Source of the DNA: Oculina patagonica
Lineage: Eukaryota
Assembly (NCBI RefSeq): GCF_052425735.1
Contig: NC_135759.1
Coordinates: 26,412,001 to 26,476,000 of the forward strand
Reading direction: 5' to 3'
DNA length: 64,000 nt
The notes beneath the pieces were generated by a model. That model searched no databases. It was not told the DNA's origin and saw only the letters and a list, made by a program, of their open reading frames with translations. Every line of letters begins with the position of its first letter. The first letter of the stretch is position 1. Shown in pieces: positions 35,387 to 49,800 of this stretch. The position numbers were made by a program, and so were the translations under genes.

Positions 35387-37135
35387 TAACAAAATTTACT
35401 TGAAGCGCATGGCTTAACCATCAAGCGTGGCTTCTAGAGGAGGGAGCGAGAAGGAACAGAACCATGGCTTTCATTGCAAAAGACAACATAAACTAAAGAT
35501 AGAAATTAATCATAACACCTATCCAATCAAATAAAATCGAACTAAAAATAAATCGAACCCAATCGAACACCAATCATTCGATTAGGTACGGTAATCGAAC
35601 AAATCGAACATCTATTTTGCTGTGAGTTCGATTTTCGAACCAATCGAACTAAATGGAACACAATCGAATTAAATCGACTCTATTTTGTTTGGAATCCGTC
35701 TCTTGATAAGTAATCACGCAGGACTAATGAGGGGGACGGTGCACCGTCCAAATGTCCGCAATATAAACAAACAGGAGTTCGGTTATCGAACGTTACGTTC
35801 AATTAAGTACGATTGTCGACTGTTCGGTAATCGAACGTTTGATTTTGTTCGATTGTCAACTGTTGATTGTCAATTTGTTCGATTATGTACGATTACCGAA
35901 CCCAATCGAATACCGAACGTTCGATTGGATACGCCGGGCACTTTTGATGCCAGTGAAGAGCACTTTGACAAATAAATTTCACGTGACCACCAGGTGCAAA
36001 CAGAAACCATTATGTAATCATACAGTGTAATCTAATAACTTTGATCTTGCAACATATATAGGTCGATCGGACAAGTCAAAGAAATCACAACGACCAGCAA
36101 AACTAGATATAATCATTTATCTCTTTGCGCCACAGTCATTCGAGTGACTGTGTTTTGGCCAGCGTCACGCGACGCTTTTTAAAGCATCGTTACGTAATAC
36201 TCGTGGTATCGGGCGCGACGGACTCTGAAAATCTCACGAGAAACCACGCTATAAAATGTAATAATACAATAAACCACTCCAGTAGCAAACTTCAAGATTC
36301 GACGGCCTACGATTAGTTGCCGTTTTTAATAGCAAGAGCTGTATTAAACGCTTCTTTATATTTTTGGCTTGTCACCTCTTACTCCTTTGCCGTGACACTT
36401 CTTTAGCTAAAATGACGAATAGTCATTTTACAGTTTTTAATGGACTGCGAAGTTCTAAATCTAAGTTATAGGACACTTACCTGAAAGCGGTGACTTCGGA
36501 AAATGTTTAGATCGGTTTGATTCTCGGGATTGCAGCTACATCGCTAAATAACTCGGCCATGGAATATTGCAAATACCAGTATTTACTCGAGTCACGTTCA
36601 GTGCAGAGTCCACGAGTGAAGTCGAGGCTTCCAAATATGGCGTGAAGTTTGTTGACAATTTGCCAACCTGCTGAGTCATGCAGATCAACCACACTTCAAC
36701 CACAACCACACAAAGAACTTTTAATATTTTGGTAAGAGGTGCTCTTGAGGGATTTTTTTTGGCCACGATCGTTAATACCCTTTGTCATTTCAGACTGTGC
36801 GCTGTAGCGCTACGCAGACGTCTTTTGGCTCGTCACGCAATCTTTCCTCCAAAAGATTGCGTGACGAGCCAAAAGAACGCCTGTGTTAAGGAAGCTACCT
36901 GCTCTGCGGAAATTATCATTTTCTTATTCTAAAAAAAGTGATTTGCTGCAGAGTGTCAGACCCATATAGGGGCGAGGGGAATGATGGCCAGAACCCAGAA
37001 CCCCTACACCGCTTTGCCGTGAAGCACTGAAACGAGCTCAAGGCCCTAGTTTTTGGCGTCTAAAGCCCAAAGTCCTGGAGCCCCAAACTCCTTTGCGACC
37101 GTGATTTGCAATAACTTAGCATCTCTTATGTAATA

Positions 37136-37472
37136 CCGTAAAATTCCGGTTATAAGCCCTCCCACTTATAAGCCCCCCGGTTATAGGCCCATTTATCTGG
37201 CAACAAAAAAATACATCCGATTATAAGCCCTCCCGGATATAAGCCCCTCTCTGCCGGATGACAGTCTGAACAGGGCTAAATGTTGCTTTATTATGCGTTT
37301 TTAACTTAAAAACGTATTTCGATCAACACTCCCAACTCTCCCTGGCTTGGTTCGAAATGTTTTTTTATTCCGCTTATAAGCCCTCCCGGATATAAGCCCC
37401 TCCGTTCATAAGCCCACCCAAAACCCCTTACAAAGTTGTATAAGCCCAGGGCTTATCACCGGAATTTTACAG
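37136..37472. mobile_element. Tc1/mariner-type MITE
   Basis: TA-CCGTAAAATTCCGGTTATAAGCCC ... GGGCTTATCACCGGAATTTTACAG-TA, with many internal TATAAGCCC repeats. Confidence 0.8.
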
Positions 37473-37559
37473 TATATTCAGTGCAATGTTGAGGAAATCA
37501 ATATTACAAACTTGAGCTAACAAACCTGGGAAGCCATGTATGAAATGGAGGTTTCTTGA

Positions 37560-37943
37560 CCCAGGAGGGGTACTCCAGCTTGTAAATGATGGGGATGATC
37601 GAATGGAGGCAAAACTCAGGACCCAAAAAAATCCCTAGTAAGTCTTCCGACATTACCCAAAAAAATCCCCGGACCAAAAATAACCCCCCAAAAAATCCCT
37701 TGTCAAATTACCCCTAAATTGCCAGGAGGAGCAATAACATAACACAAAGAAAATCATAAAAAATTGAATGCTTTTGTTTTTAATTTGTTTTTAATACCCA
37801 AAAAATTCCCTATTTAAATCAAGTCACCCAAAAAAATACTTGCCAAATTTTCCAACCCCAAAAAATCCTGGAATCGAAAATTTCAAACCCAAAAAAATCC
37901 TTCGATCATCCCCGTCATTTACAAGCCGGAGTACCCCCCTGGG
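37560..37943. mobile_element. MITE (hAT-like, ~8-bp TSD)
   Basis: CCCAGGAGGGGTACTCC.GCTTGTAAATGA.GGGGATGATCGAA is mirrored at the right end. Flanks TTTCTTGA / CTTCTTGA. Confidence 0.75.
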
Positions 37944-38484
37944 CTTCTTGATCTGGAGTCTTACACAGTTACTTGTATCCATTAGGCCTGGGATAACTCC
38001 CATATGAAAGGGACTGGGATGCCCACCAGAAAATTTGAATTAAACCTTGTTTTTTAAAGCTTGTTTGGACCACTTAATCATGCAATAAAGACAACAATCG
38101 TACGTACGTGGGCCGTCGATGGGCAGCTACATATATTTTCCATTTGGGACAAATACAACTGCCAAGGGAGGGAAGGGATGGGGAAATACAACAACTCAGG
38201 GAGCGAACGAACCGATTAAAGCGACACGAGGTTACAAAAATGAAATGCGATTCTTAGCTTAGTAGCTCACAATTAACTTGTATTAACTATTAATACCACT
38301 AAAAGATACTCTTTTTCATGCCTGATCAGTCTAGACTGCCAACACAGTTTGATGGCTTTAATTTTTATTTCTTCATGTGTGCAACCGTAAGCAAGACCTT
38401 GCCCCCAGGCTATTAGGCCACAAACAGCAAACTTGTGATAGGGTTAAAAGTAGAAATTTATTACAGGCAACAACATTTATTTTT

Positions 38485-40275
38485 TCAGGTGCCAACACTT
38501 TCAACATTTTCTGGACTCGTCATTTCTTCATCTTGGTTGACAGGCAACAGAGGTTTAGTTGATGTGAGTGTATACGACCCCATTCCTGCAGCTTTCTCGG
38601 CTTCTTCTGGTGTGTAAGGGACTTCCCTTAACATTTTCACTCTGACAAAAAGAACAAATGTCGTGTCATTGAAACCGAATGGCAGTATTAATATTATTAA
38701 AAGACAGATCATGAATTGAAAATTAATGAAATAAATGAAATGAGAGAACAAAAACATACTTCTTCCTATGAACTCTTGATTTTATGTGATCTTTTAAAGA
38801 CTTTTCATCAACAAAGTACCTCCTATAAAAAAAGAGAATAATATTATGTTCAGTTATTTATTACGGCTAAGTTTTGAAAGTCACGAACCTCATTACTTTT
38901 AGATTTAGCACCGTTTCCTATCGCTACCTTCGAAGGGTCACAACTTTCAAGGCCCAGCTTCTTGCGGCTAGCTAAAATGTGCATTATGTGGGCCAAATTA
39001 TTCATAGGTAAAATGAAAATGTTTTCAATAAATAGAGGATGAAAATGATAAATCTTGTTGGAAGCATTCATATTACATCAAAACAGAGTAATATATTTAA
39101 TAAAATTGCTCTTGGAATAAGGATCATCTAAAACAAGTAGTTTTCATACAGCTAATTGTTAAATCTGTTTATATTTCCATGGATTGACCAGATAGAGAAG
39201 AAGACGGGTACAAGTACTCCTTCAGTTTTCTTAGGGTCCATCAAGCGGCCAAACATGCAAGCACATGAGAAAATCTCATCCTTTGCATGTCTTGAGAAGA
39301 TGCACACGCATGGGTAAATTTTTTTTCACATACTTGCATGCTTGCCCACTTGAGTGGCCCTGGTTTTCATATTATCGCAGACGAACACAATGGATTACAG
39401 AAGATCACAGAATTGTAGGTCCTGCAATCTGTGATCGTATGGAAACACACAGTTGCGTTTGACTGCGATTGATCACAGACGATTGTAAACATCTGCATAA
39501 AATTGAACCAAGTTCTATTCCCTGCAATCGACTGCGATCGCTGGTGATCGTGTGCCATCGTTGCGATCATATGGAAACAAAATTGCTATCCATTGCGATC
39601 GAAACTTATCCCATAATATTGTTAATTGATCCCATCATTCAAAACCATTAAACACGTCTGCGATCATGGAAACAGTTCGCTCTGCGAACCTTGCAATCAC
39701 ACAGTTAAGAAAATTTCTGCAATTTTGTGATCGTTGGTGATCCATTGCCATCGTCTATGTTCATATGGAAACCAGGCTTCAATATATATGCCAAGGCCCT
39801 AAATACACGCTGAAGATCTTCGGCGTAACCTACATAAAACTGAGCCTGGGTGCCACGGAAATATTGCAACAGATAATGGGGCTATATTGCTAGCTAATAT
39901 CATAGCTAAAGTTCCATATTATAACCCCATAACTCTTTTGCATATACCGGTAGTTTATGAAGTTTGTTAGTCTGGTACTAAGTATATGTAAGAAACAGTA
40001 TGAAAGAAACTGGGGCTATATGACAATCTTTGCCTTATGATCGTACTACATTTAACCATAATATTGTCAAACCAAACTTACGCGCATTGTATACAGTAAT
40101 ATTGCCCTGAGCCTGGTAGATCCATGTCGCACTCTTGTGATTTCAGTTTAGCGGCGTTTTTTGGTTGCATGTCCTCGTGAATTTGATCGAGATCCTTTGT
40201 TCGTCTCCTAGTGCGATATTTTTTCTTAAGATGTTTGTCGTTCTTGTGCATTCGTTTTCTCCTCAACCGGCCCAT
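38485..40275 (-). CDS. ZNF593: Zinc finger protein 593 homolog (Bud20-like, 60S biogenesis)
   Basis: Exons 40275-40082, 38822-38760 and 38641-38485 in frame: [72 protein letters not shown]. Confidence 0.95.
39357..39778. mobile_element. MITE in ZNF593 intron 1
   Basis: Ends CCTGGTTTTCATAT / ATATGGAAACCAGG, internal GCGATC/GATCG repeats. Confidence 0.65.
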
Positions 40276-40802
40276 TTCTCAAGCTAATTTTCTTGTTATT
40301 TCTTCTGAGAATTGCGTTCTGAGATCCAAGATGGCCGGCGAAAGCAGAATCTTCCAGGCGCCGTGCTAAAATGAGGTGAACTGGGTGCAAGGAGATTTCA
40401 TTTTGTACCTGGGGAGTACCCAAGGGATAATAACGGCATATCAAATGTTAAATCTGCAAAAAATGGTGTGTAAAATCGAACATTTGTAGAAGAAACTCTC
40501 ATAAAAATGTTTAATAGCATTTCGCTAAATACTATAAATCTCGAATGAACTACCTTTTGGTAAAAAATCTCCAATAGTCTCTCCCCCTCTCCCCTCTCCC
40601 TGAAGGGCTATTTTGTACATCATTCTTGAGTTGCCTGCGTGCAGCACATCAGAAATCAGAAATGTTGTTTTCTTGTCTCGGATTTTAGGAGGGAGGCAAT
40701 GTCAACGTTGTCACGACTTAAATGAAAGGGAAAATCATCATGAGTTGATTAAGAAGGTTTTCACTTGTATTTTTCCTTCTTCAAGTGTGAATTTGGACAG
40801 AT
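40276..40802. promoter_or_regulatory. Bidirectional promoter region between ZNF593 and ARHGAP1-like
   Basis: Divergent ATGs 527 bp apart. YY1-like CAAGATGGCC at ~40327. Confidence 0.6.
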
Positions 40803-43800
40803 ATGAACGAGCCGTTTCCCGTTATCGGAAGCCATTTCGAAGAGCAGCAGGAAATATCGAACTCTTCGCAAAGGAAAAACGACTTTCTCTTGGACGTGAG
40901 TTTAAGTTCTCACCGTCACGTCGAACCAGTAATTGAAAGAAGGTCAGGGCATTTGTCACCTGAGAGAACCAAAAGATACGGAATGACAGATTTTAGTGAT
41001 TTAACTGTCGAAAAGAACTTGTTACAAGAATTCGACCCGCTGTCATCTCAAAATGCAACTGACGAAGAAGGCCCTGCGCCAGAAAACACGAAACCATCCT
41101 TTGGAAGATTAGACTCGAGAGAAAAGATGGAATTGCATCGAGCTTCGGGACTTATTTTAGGCCGTATTAAAGAAACTAGCTTAGCAAATACAGTCAGTTC
41201 GAGTGAACAAGCAACAGCTAGCGGTCTTGACACAGAACCTGTTGATGGTACACACAGTCTTAGTCTTTACGAAAACGACGAAGCATTAGAAAGTTTTGAA
41301 GACAAAGATGTTCTTGATAATGCTGCTGCCCAGCAAGGTAAGGTTTCCCATGCACCCTTACAAGAATAAAGCAATTAACTAATTAGTTTTAATTTGTTTA
41401 TATCAGGTGACACTGGTTTTCTTTTGTCTGTCAAGTGATGTATTAGTTCGGGGGTATTTAGCAAATCGACCACATTTTTCATGGTAGACCATAGAAATGA
41501 TGTCATGCATAATATGTTCAAAACTCAGCAGGAATCACAAGCCATGAGGCAAGTGGTTTCACTGCAAAGTTTTGGATATTTTGTGGTGCCATTTCTACGG
41601 TTTATAAGGGCCAATTTATATTGTCTTAGTACTTGAGACAACCCTCCCCGTGAGTAACCCTGGCTGAGCTAACTCACTTTTTCCTTTGGAGAATTGAACC
41701 AGCAACGGTTTACATTCAACCAACCGTTTACACGTATTCATCTCAAGGGGTGAGACAACTGGGGTGAGCGAGTTGTCTGGCCTTGACAAGTAGGGTAACC
41801 CTGGTAATTGGGACTACTTTTTCTCTTATAAACACTTTGGCTTGCCTATCCAGGGCAACTCGTGGAGTGCCAAGTGTCACATAATACCTAGATTTTAGGT
41901 TTCAAAGCACAGATTGTTATTAAAAGAACAAAACATCACTTACAATAAAATTATCGAATAAATGAAAGAAATTCAATGGAGGGAGGACAACTGAGTATTT
42001 GAAGATAATAGGGGTTCGACTGTAATTACCCAGGGTCAACTTTGTCTCAGCTTGCAATTTTCTTTTCAGCTTGAAATTCTTTCAGCTATGAATTTCCAAG
42101 TTAATGTAATGAGGATTAACTGCTACATTTTGGATATTGAATTGGCTCTGCAATGTGTAAATTCTTGACATCCAAGGGTGGCGGGGTGGTGGGGAGATTT
42201 GAAAATGGCACTGACAGTGGTATCATGGGGTATCATTAATTTTTGCTATAAGTGTATTTTTGGACTATTGATTCATAGCTTATTACATGAAATTTTCGCG
42301 ACACTTTAATTTCGCGAATTTTGCGATTCCAAAAAAAAGCGAAATTAAAGTGACGCGAACAATAAGTGTCGCGAACATAACATGACGCGAAAATTAAGTG
42401 ACTCACATTATGCCAACAATCAAGAAAAAATAAGTTGAGTACCACTGAAGGAAGGAATTTTCAATGTAAATGGATGTTGTCGTCAATTGACTCAAGAACA
42501 GTAACTCATACACGTACAAGCATGACCTACAGTACTTGTAGACATTGTGGAAACTGCTCTGTTGTTGCTATTGCCGAGAATTAGTCCCGCCCTTGCGTTT
42601 TTGTTAATTTTGACGTTATTGTTCCTTTGATGAAGTCTTTTTATTTAATTTAAGGGCATGTTAAATGGTATTGCCAAGGAAATGTAAATTGTGTCGTACT
42701 CAAAAACGCGAAATTAAAGTGATTCAAAATACAAAATTTTCGCAAAATCGCGAAATTTAAGTGTCGCGAAATATGCGCACCTCAAAATCGCAAAATTAAC
42801 ATGTCGCGAAAATTTCATGTAATAAGGTAGCTTCATTTTACACCTATCCCTTGCTAAATCGTCTTGTAAATCTCCCTGGCAGTAGACTGGAGCATACCCC
42901 CTGGGAGAAGAATACCCAGTAGGAGTTAACAGTATCCCCTAGGAAAGAGGCCTTCCAAGGGGTTAAAAGCGACAAGCGACATGACCCTGAATACTTGCAA
43001 CACAGGAACATTTTAACAGCGACAAGCAACATCATTATGGCACTGAAATGTGACAGCGACACAATGTGACATTAACACAATTAGCAAGAAAAACGAGAGG
43101 AACATTTACAGCTATTGGCTAGGCGACATTAATTCTTAGAAACATGCCACATTGCGACACAGCTAGCCCCCTTGGAAGGCTTCAGGAAAGCATAGTAACC
43201 CCTGAGTGAAGAGTAAAGACAAATTTAACCGAGCACAGCTGCTAATTTAGCAACAACAAATGTTGTTTGTTGCAATATTGTTACACCATTTTACCGTTTG
43301 TCTTAACAGGTGTAGCAGAAGTAAATTCATCAGAAACAAAATCTACTTTCATTCAGCAAGGCTTGAGTGCAATAAATGATAACTTTCGTGATATCGCCCG
43401 ACATCGCATACTATCAGTGGCTGGTAAGCGGTTATTTATCACTGTTATTTTCGATACCATACATTATTATAATATGACAAAGGTAGTCAGAAAACCAATT
43501 ATTACTTAAATCCAGTCCAATATTTCTAAGTAGGTATTGCTCCAAGTGATCCTTCATGAATTTGTGCATTGTAATGGCTTACTGCTACAAACGTAAAAAA
43601 AATAAACTTGAATTGTATAAACAACCCTCTTGTAGCTTTTATTTGTTTGTAAAACAATGTTATTTTGGAAATTCTTTTCCAACCGAATGACTCAGTGGGT
43701 CCTTGGCCAGAATCCTGTACATACTTTTTACCCTTTCCACTTTAATTTGCTCATATCTATAAAAATCTTTTTCAGTCATGTAATAAATCTCTTGTTAACT

Positions 43801-46800
43801 AAGCTTGCTCTCGCAGGCCTGGGATCATACTGTGCGAATATCAGCTGAAGGTCTTTACTGTTCAGACCTTCCTGCTCTTGGCCCGTACTGTCGAGACCTT
43901 GGACCGATATTCTCCTGGTATGGCCCTCACCCTTGGTTAATAAGATGTACAGTACTTATGGGATTGGACTAACTTAGAGAGGGTTTTACTGGGCAGGGGT
44001 TATTTCCAAAACAAGAACTTAGTAGATTAGAAAACTGGAAATGATACATAAAATTTTGGACTAGTCAACTTTCCAAGGAGGAATACAGAAAATTGTCAGT
44101 TTCTAAGTTTGTAATGGCAACTGTTTAAATTTAAAGTGAAAATGAAGGTAATGTTAACAATTACTGACACTACATTTTAGATTTTCGCCACTTCCCTGAC
44201 CAGTGACTATAACTGATAAACGTAAGGACATTTAGAGCAGTTTTCAATTGAGTGTCGTAAAACCAAAACCAAAGTAATCACTCTGGCCAATCACAAAGGA
44301 CGGAGAGCAACCCATTGTCCAATCAAAACTCGAAGCAATTACACGAAGCGTGGGAAAACATGAGCGAGCAAGTCACAATTGGTTTTGGTTTTACTTCTGA
44401 TTGGTTGAGAAAGTGGCGCGAGATTTTTAAGCCAATCACTAAGCGGGCAATTCCATGTGAGAATGTGAAAAATTTAGATTTTTAAAAAGTGATTGGACAT
44501 AAAATCATACCCTGTATTATATTGTTGACAAGTTTTAGTACATAGAAAAATAAGTTTCAGTTCGCTTGTGATAGCAATGCATTCAGGGGGGGTCTCCAAA
44601 GTAAGTGTTTATTTTTTTAATAAACAATAGGTGAGAGACAAATTTTTTAACTTGCTTTATAAAATGTGGAAATGATTTGTGTCTACAAACAGTTATATCA
44701 GAAGAAATACCTCAAAGGAGTTAATACATAAAAAATATAAATTTCACCCTGAACGTTTTGAAAAAATAGTTATTAACAAAGTAAATTTTGTTACGGACGT
44801 TACGTAACGTCCGTAACGTTTACACAATCTTTTTCCATTTTTAAAACAAACATGTAAAAGATTTCAAAGATATTTCTGCCACAAAGCTAAATATTCGTTA
44901 GAAACACTTTGGTAAAAAGCAGTCCCTGAAAAACTGCAACATTTTCCAAATCAAAGGCTCTTCGAGCAACCTCATGGTAATTCGATGAAGTGGCGTCCTT
45001 CGCTTTGTTTTTCAAATAAACGTTCAAGAATGTAACGGTCTCACTTCATTTGCCTTTAAATGCTTTTTTTTTTTCATGTGAGTTGCGTCAATGGGTCACT
45101 GATGCTTTGTGCTCTCCGGCTTCGAAGCGCAAATTCTATTTTTCACCACCAAAATAAATTGTAACCTTTGAATATGGTTTTTACTGTCTTAGATGCGATA
45201 AATTGTGTGTTCAATTACTTTTCTGTCAGCACATATATAATATACATACCGGGCAGCGACTAGCCTCCCACGCAGTCGTTCTTAGGGGTGATCGCGTTAC
45301 ACTCCTCCCCGCGATTGCGTTACACGGTGTGGAACACAATCGCCCCTAAGAACGACTGCGTGGGAGGTTAGGCAGCGACAAGCGTTGTTATTTTTTGAAC
45401 AGCCGATGAAATTTGAGATCTGCTCGCCTCAAAAAGATGAAAAACGGATGACGTGACACGAGGTGACGTAGCGCGAAACAGAAACGTGCTACGCATTTGT
45501 GTTTTTCCAGTGAGCTGAAACATTTATTAAATCACGTCACATGCAATAATAATTTTCTATAACAGTTTAAGCGTAACTATATGTAGTCCATAGGTGCTAT
45601 CAGTAATGTCACAATCTCACTTAATTTGCCTTCGAGTGTTTTCTTGCGTGAATGGGTCATTGATAGCTTTTTTTCTTCAAATAAGCGTTCAATAATGTAA
45701 CACAATATCACTTTATTTCCCTGTGAATGTTTTATTTTTCCATGGGAATTGCATCATTGATGGTTCGTGCTCTCAGGCTTCGTAGCGCGAATTCTATTTC
45801 ATCACAAAAATATTTAAGTGTAACCTTTGATCCTTTTAAGCATTAAGTAAATTTGTTTTTTAAATATGTTTACTTTTCTGCCAGCACGTATAGCGTTATT
45901 TTAAGCAGCGAATAAAATTTGAGAGAAAGATGCGCGTTTTTGCACGACTCAAAAAGATGAAGAACGGATGACGTGACACAAAGATGATGTGACGCGAAAC
46001 AAAAACGTGCATGAATGTTGTGTTTACTAAAACGCGTCTTTGAATGTTTTCTTACGTGAATGGGTCATTGATAGCCTATGCTCTGAGGCTTCGTTGAGCG
46101 AATTCTATTCTCTTTTATCACCAGAGGATAAGTGTAAGTGATCCTCTTTCGATTTGTTTTGTGAAATTCAGTTTACTGCCCTGAAAGAGAGAGACCCTGG
46201 AACGAGGTTGAAGAATAATTTGTTTCTGATTGACATGTGCTGAATGCGTTTATAATAAAAGACCATTCCATCAGCACGTTTCTCGTTTAATGATAAATTA
46301 ATTGCGGTTTGATATCAGAATCGAGTGAGTGAGTGAGTGAGTGTTCGAGTGAGAAAATGCGGCCCATAACATAACCTCATTACCATTCGGTAAAAATGGT
46401 AACAAAACTTTGTTACGGACGTTACGTTACGGATGTTACAATTCTTGAAGCTTGTGATTTTGGACTGTTTCTGCCACAGTTAATTAAAGGCAATTTTGGA
46501 TATGTGAATTGTCAAAGAAAGCAGTGTTTTAGAGAAGGAATGGATTATACCCACTGGAGTCCAGTATATGTCTGTGGGCTCAGATAGTTTGAGCATGCTC
46601 ATGCTCAAGGCTGAGTACTTTATGTAAAATGCATGTAGTGTCCTTCATACTGTGTTGGGACATTGCACAGCTTTAACATAAAGTACCAACCAGTTTGATT
46701 TATAAAATGTTAAATACAAGCCATTTTGAACTTTTATGTCCAAAAAAATGTGGCCTACAATACAAAATAATATAATATTTCACACAGTGTAACGTCCGTA

Positions 46801-49800
46801 ACATTGGCTGTAACGTCCTTAACGCTAAAGTTCACATAGCATTGTATAATTGCGAAAGTGAGTTTAAATGAAATGAAGCTTTTTGGTTCACACAACTACT
46901 ATACTTCAAATATTTGGAGCAGTTCATGCAATAAGCCCTGACACTTCACAGGAATTTTCCATTAATACCAGTGCTCTTGCTCATGTGGTTGTTTTTTATG
47001 TAACGTCCGTAACGGTGTGTTTTTTGCTCTATTTTAACATATGGGCCAGTCAGGTGGAAAACTTTTATAACTCAATTAATGAATCAGTAGGCACAAACAT
47101 GATAATCAATGTAACATTGGACAACCTCCTCCTATTCTTTGCCTGTGCTAGATTAAAGTTTCAAAAATGACTCTGAATGTAACGTCCGTAACTGCGGAAA
47201 TGCCCAAGCGTAGTAATGCAAAACCCAAGCAAACGCAATTTACTTTTGACACTCAAGTGAAAACCGCTCTATAGGCTAATTTAGAAATTCACATCTTACT
47301 AACAGTATTTTTTGCTGAAAGAAACAGCCAGATACAGAAATCATTGTATATGTATTACTATTTTTCTGTTTCTTTCACAAGGTGATGATAAAAGTGGCAG
47401 GCCTGTTATTGTTTTCTCTGCATGCAGAATTCCACCAATCAACTCCATTGATCACACACGGCTGTTCAGGTTATAATTAATAATATTATTCCATGAGGTG
47501 CACGTTGGATATGAGATGGTAGATAGCCATCAAGGCCACTACTACTGTATATCTGACATTTTGTATTTATAAATGGTCAGGGAATTTTATTTTTATCAGG
47601 AAAAAGTCAGGGAATTTTGTAAACTGATATCTGTGGTAATCACGAGTATGCATCGCACACCAAAAGCTATTTTAGGTTGTCCTGTAAAGATAAAGTTCCC
47701 CTGATAATAACAGTCATGACAAATGCCGCAAAGCAAACTGGTCAAGAGGGACTCTTTAAGTTGGTAATTATAATTACCGTAAAATGTCAGTAAGCCCCCA
47801 GGGCAGGGGGCCAAAGAACTTCTTTAAGGTTCTTCAATATTGAGAGTATTGGATAAAAATCTTGTCTTGCATACAATTTCCCATTGGCAGATATTCAATA
47901 GCATATTTTGTTGGTGAATCTTCTATCTGCCCTGAATTCGTCTATATTTGTCATTGTGTGCTAATTGTATTAAAAAATCAAAAGTTAACCTAGTCACACT
48001 GTCCAGCTAATACAATTTGTGGACGTTTGTTTGTTTTTAGGTATTTGTTATGCACACTAGATCAGTATGTGGAGAATGACTACACTATTGTCTACTTCCA
48101 TTTTGGATTAACAAGCAAGAACAAGCCAGCAATGTCAAGAGTCATCCAGCTTTACCGCGACCTGGACAGGAAGTAAGTAAACGAAAAAGTCAATGTGATT
48201 CTGAATCATTATTTTACTTGATTCTGTGTATACGACTGACCTTGGCTGCAGCTGTTAAAAGCCCAATGAGGGAGGGGATAAAAAGAACTCAATTCTGACT
48301 TAGGACTGGTTGTTTTGGTTGGAAATAATTCCCTGTAATTTGTTTTACAAAACTGCCCAATAAAAAGATTGCTCGTTACTAAATTGCAGGTATCGGAAGA
48401 ACATCAAAGCTCTCTTTGTAGTTCACCCGTCTAGCACTATCAAGCTGATATGGGCAACCATAGCTAAAATTGTGAGGTATGTTTGTTATAATGAACTTTT
48501 TCAATCCCACTTATAATTAATAAATATGTTAATGATTTAATCTTTAAAAATTGTTTTATATTATGTTTAAGTACACTGTTGATGGAAAGTTAAGGTTTGA
48601 GACAACTTGAAGCCAAGATCAAATCTTATACACTCTTAACTATCATTTTTACTTAAAAGATAAAACTAATTTATTGTGCTTTCAAAATTGCAAATGATAC
48701 TTGATTATCTTGCTATAAGACTTTGGCATTGCTTTATGCCAAGGCGGTCGATTGGTTTGTTGCTTGCAATCAACCAATCAATAGACCCGAATAGGACTGG
48801 GAACTAACTACAGGTCAGAATGGTTTTCCTCCCTCCACAAAAACCAACACTCCAAATTCCAATTCGATCTTGGATGCACGTATATGTCTTTACGAGCTCC
48901 TGAGCTCTTCCGTGTCACGTGGGTAAACAAATTACATTTACATTTAATTACATTTACATTTACATTTAAGTTTAACTCAACAGTCAAGAAATCACTGTGA
49001 AGAACCATCAAAGCAAAATACTCCTGGGAAGTTAGAGAGGACTTAGGACTAAGTACCGGTATAAATGAAGCTGAGACAAATTATATTTGACAAGTTCTAT
49101 TAGGTTCAGTAAACAGACATCTCTACATTCTTTTAACACAATGGACCTGTTTAAACAATTATAATGAGACGGTGTTTAACCTTGTCGCTCCCGAGAAGTA
49201 TCCTTTATTGTATTTCAGATGACTGTCACACTACAAAATAATGCAACTTTTGTTGAACAATCATTCAACACCAAAGTTTTCACTACAGCTCCTTTTAAAT
49301 GTCTGTTAATTTTTGACAAATTTCCTGAAAAACCCTCTTGAGAAACCGTCGTCGTCACTGCTGCATGCATTGTTTGTCATTTATTTAATACGCAATCTGT
49401 GTTTCAGTCCCAAGTTTTCAAGAAAGCTGTTTTATGTACCTCGACTTCATGATCTAGCAGAATTTGTTCATCTTGATCAGATAGACATACCTGTGCAAGT
49501 CAAAGAGTAAGTACACCAGCCTTTACACGTTTTGTTATTGTGTGTCAGAATATCGATCAAGAAAAGCAATGTGACAAAATGAGCATGCTTGCCAGCTGTT
49601 TACTGATTACTAGATACTGTACTATCACTTTTCAGGCATGATGATGAGATTCAAGTGAAACATGTCGCACCTAAAGAGCCATCAGGAGTGTTTTATGCAA
49701 CTCCAGCAGAAATCCCTAAAACACAACAATTTGGTGTGTCACTGACATGGTGTGTATAATTATTTAAGCTGGATTTCCACTGATAGTAGCACTTCACGTT

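Noticed and set aside
36536-36766. 76-aa ORF with a hydrophobic stretch
   Set aside because: GTG start, stops before the nearby donor and has no recognisable motif. More plausibly promoter or 5'UTR sequence.
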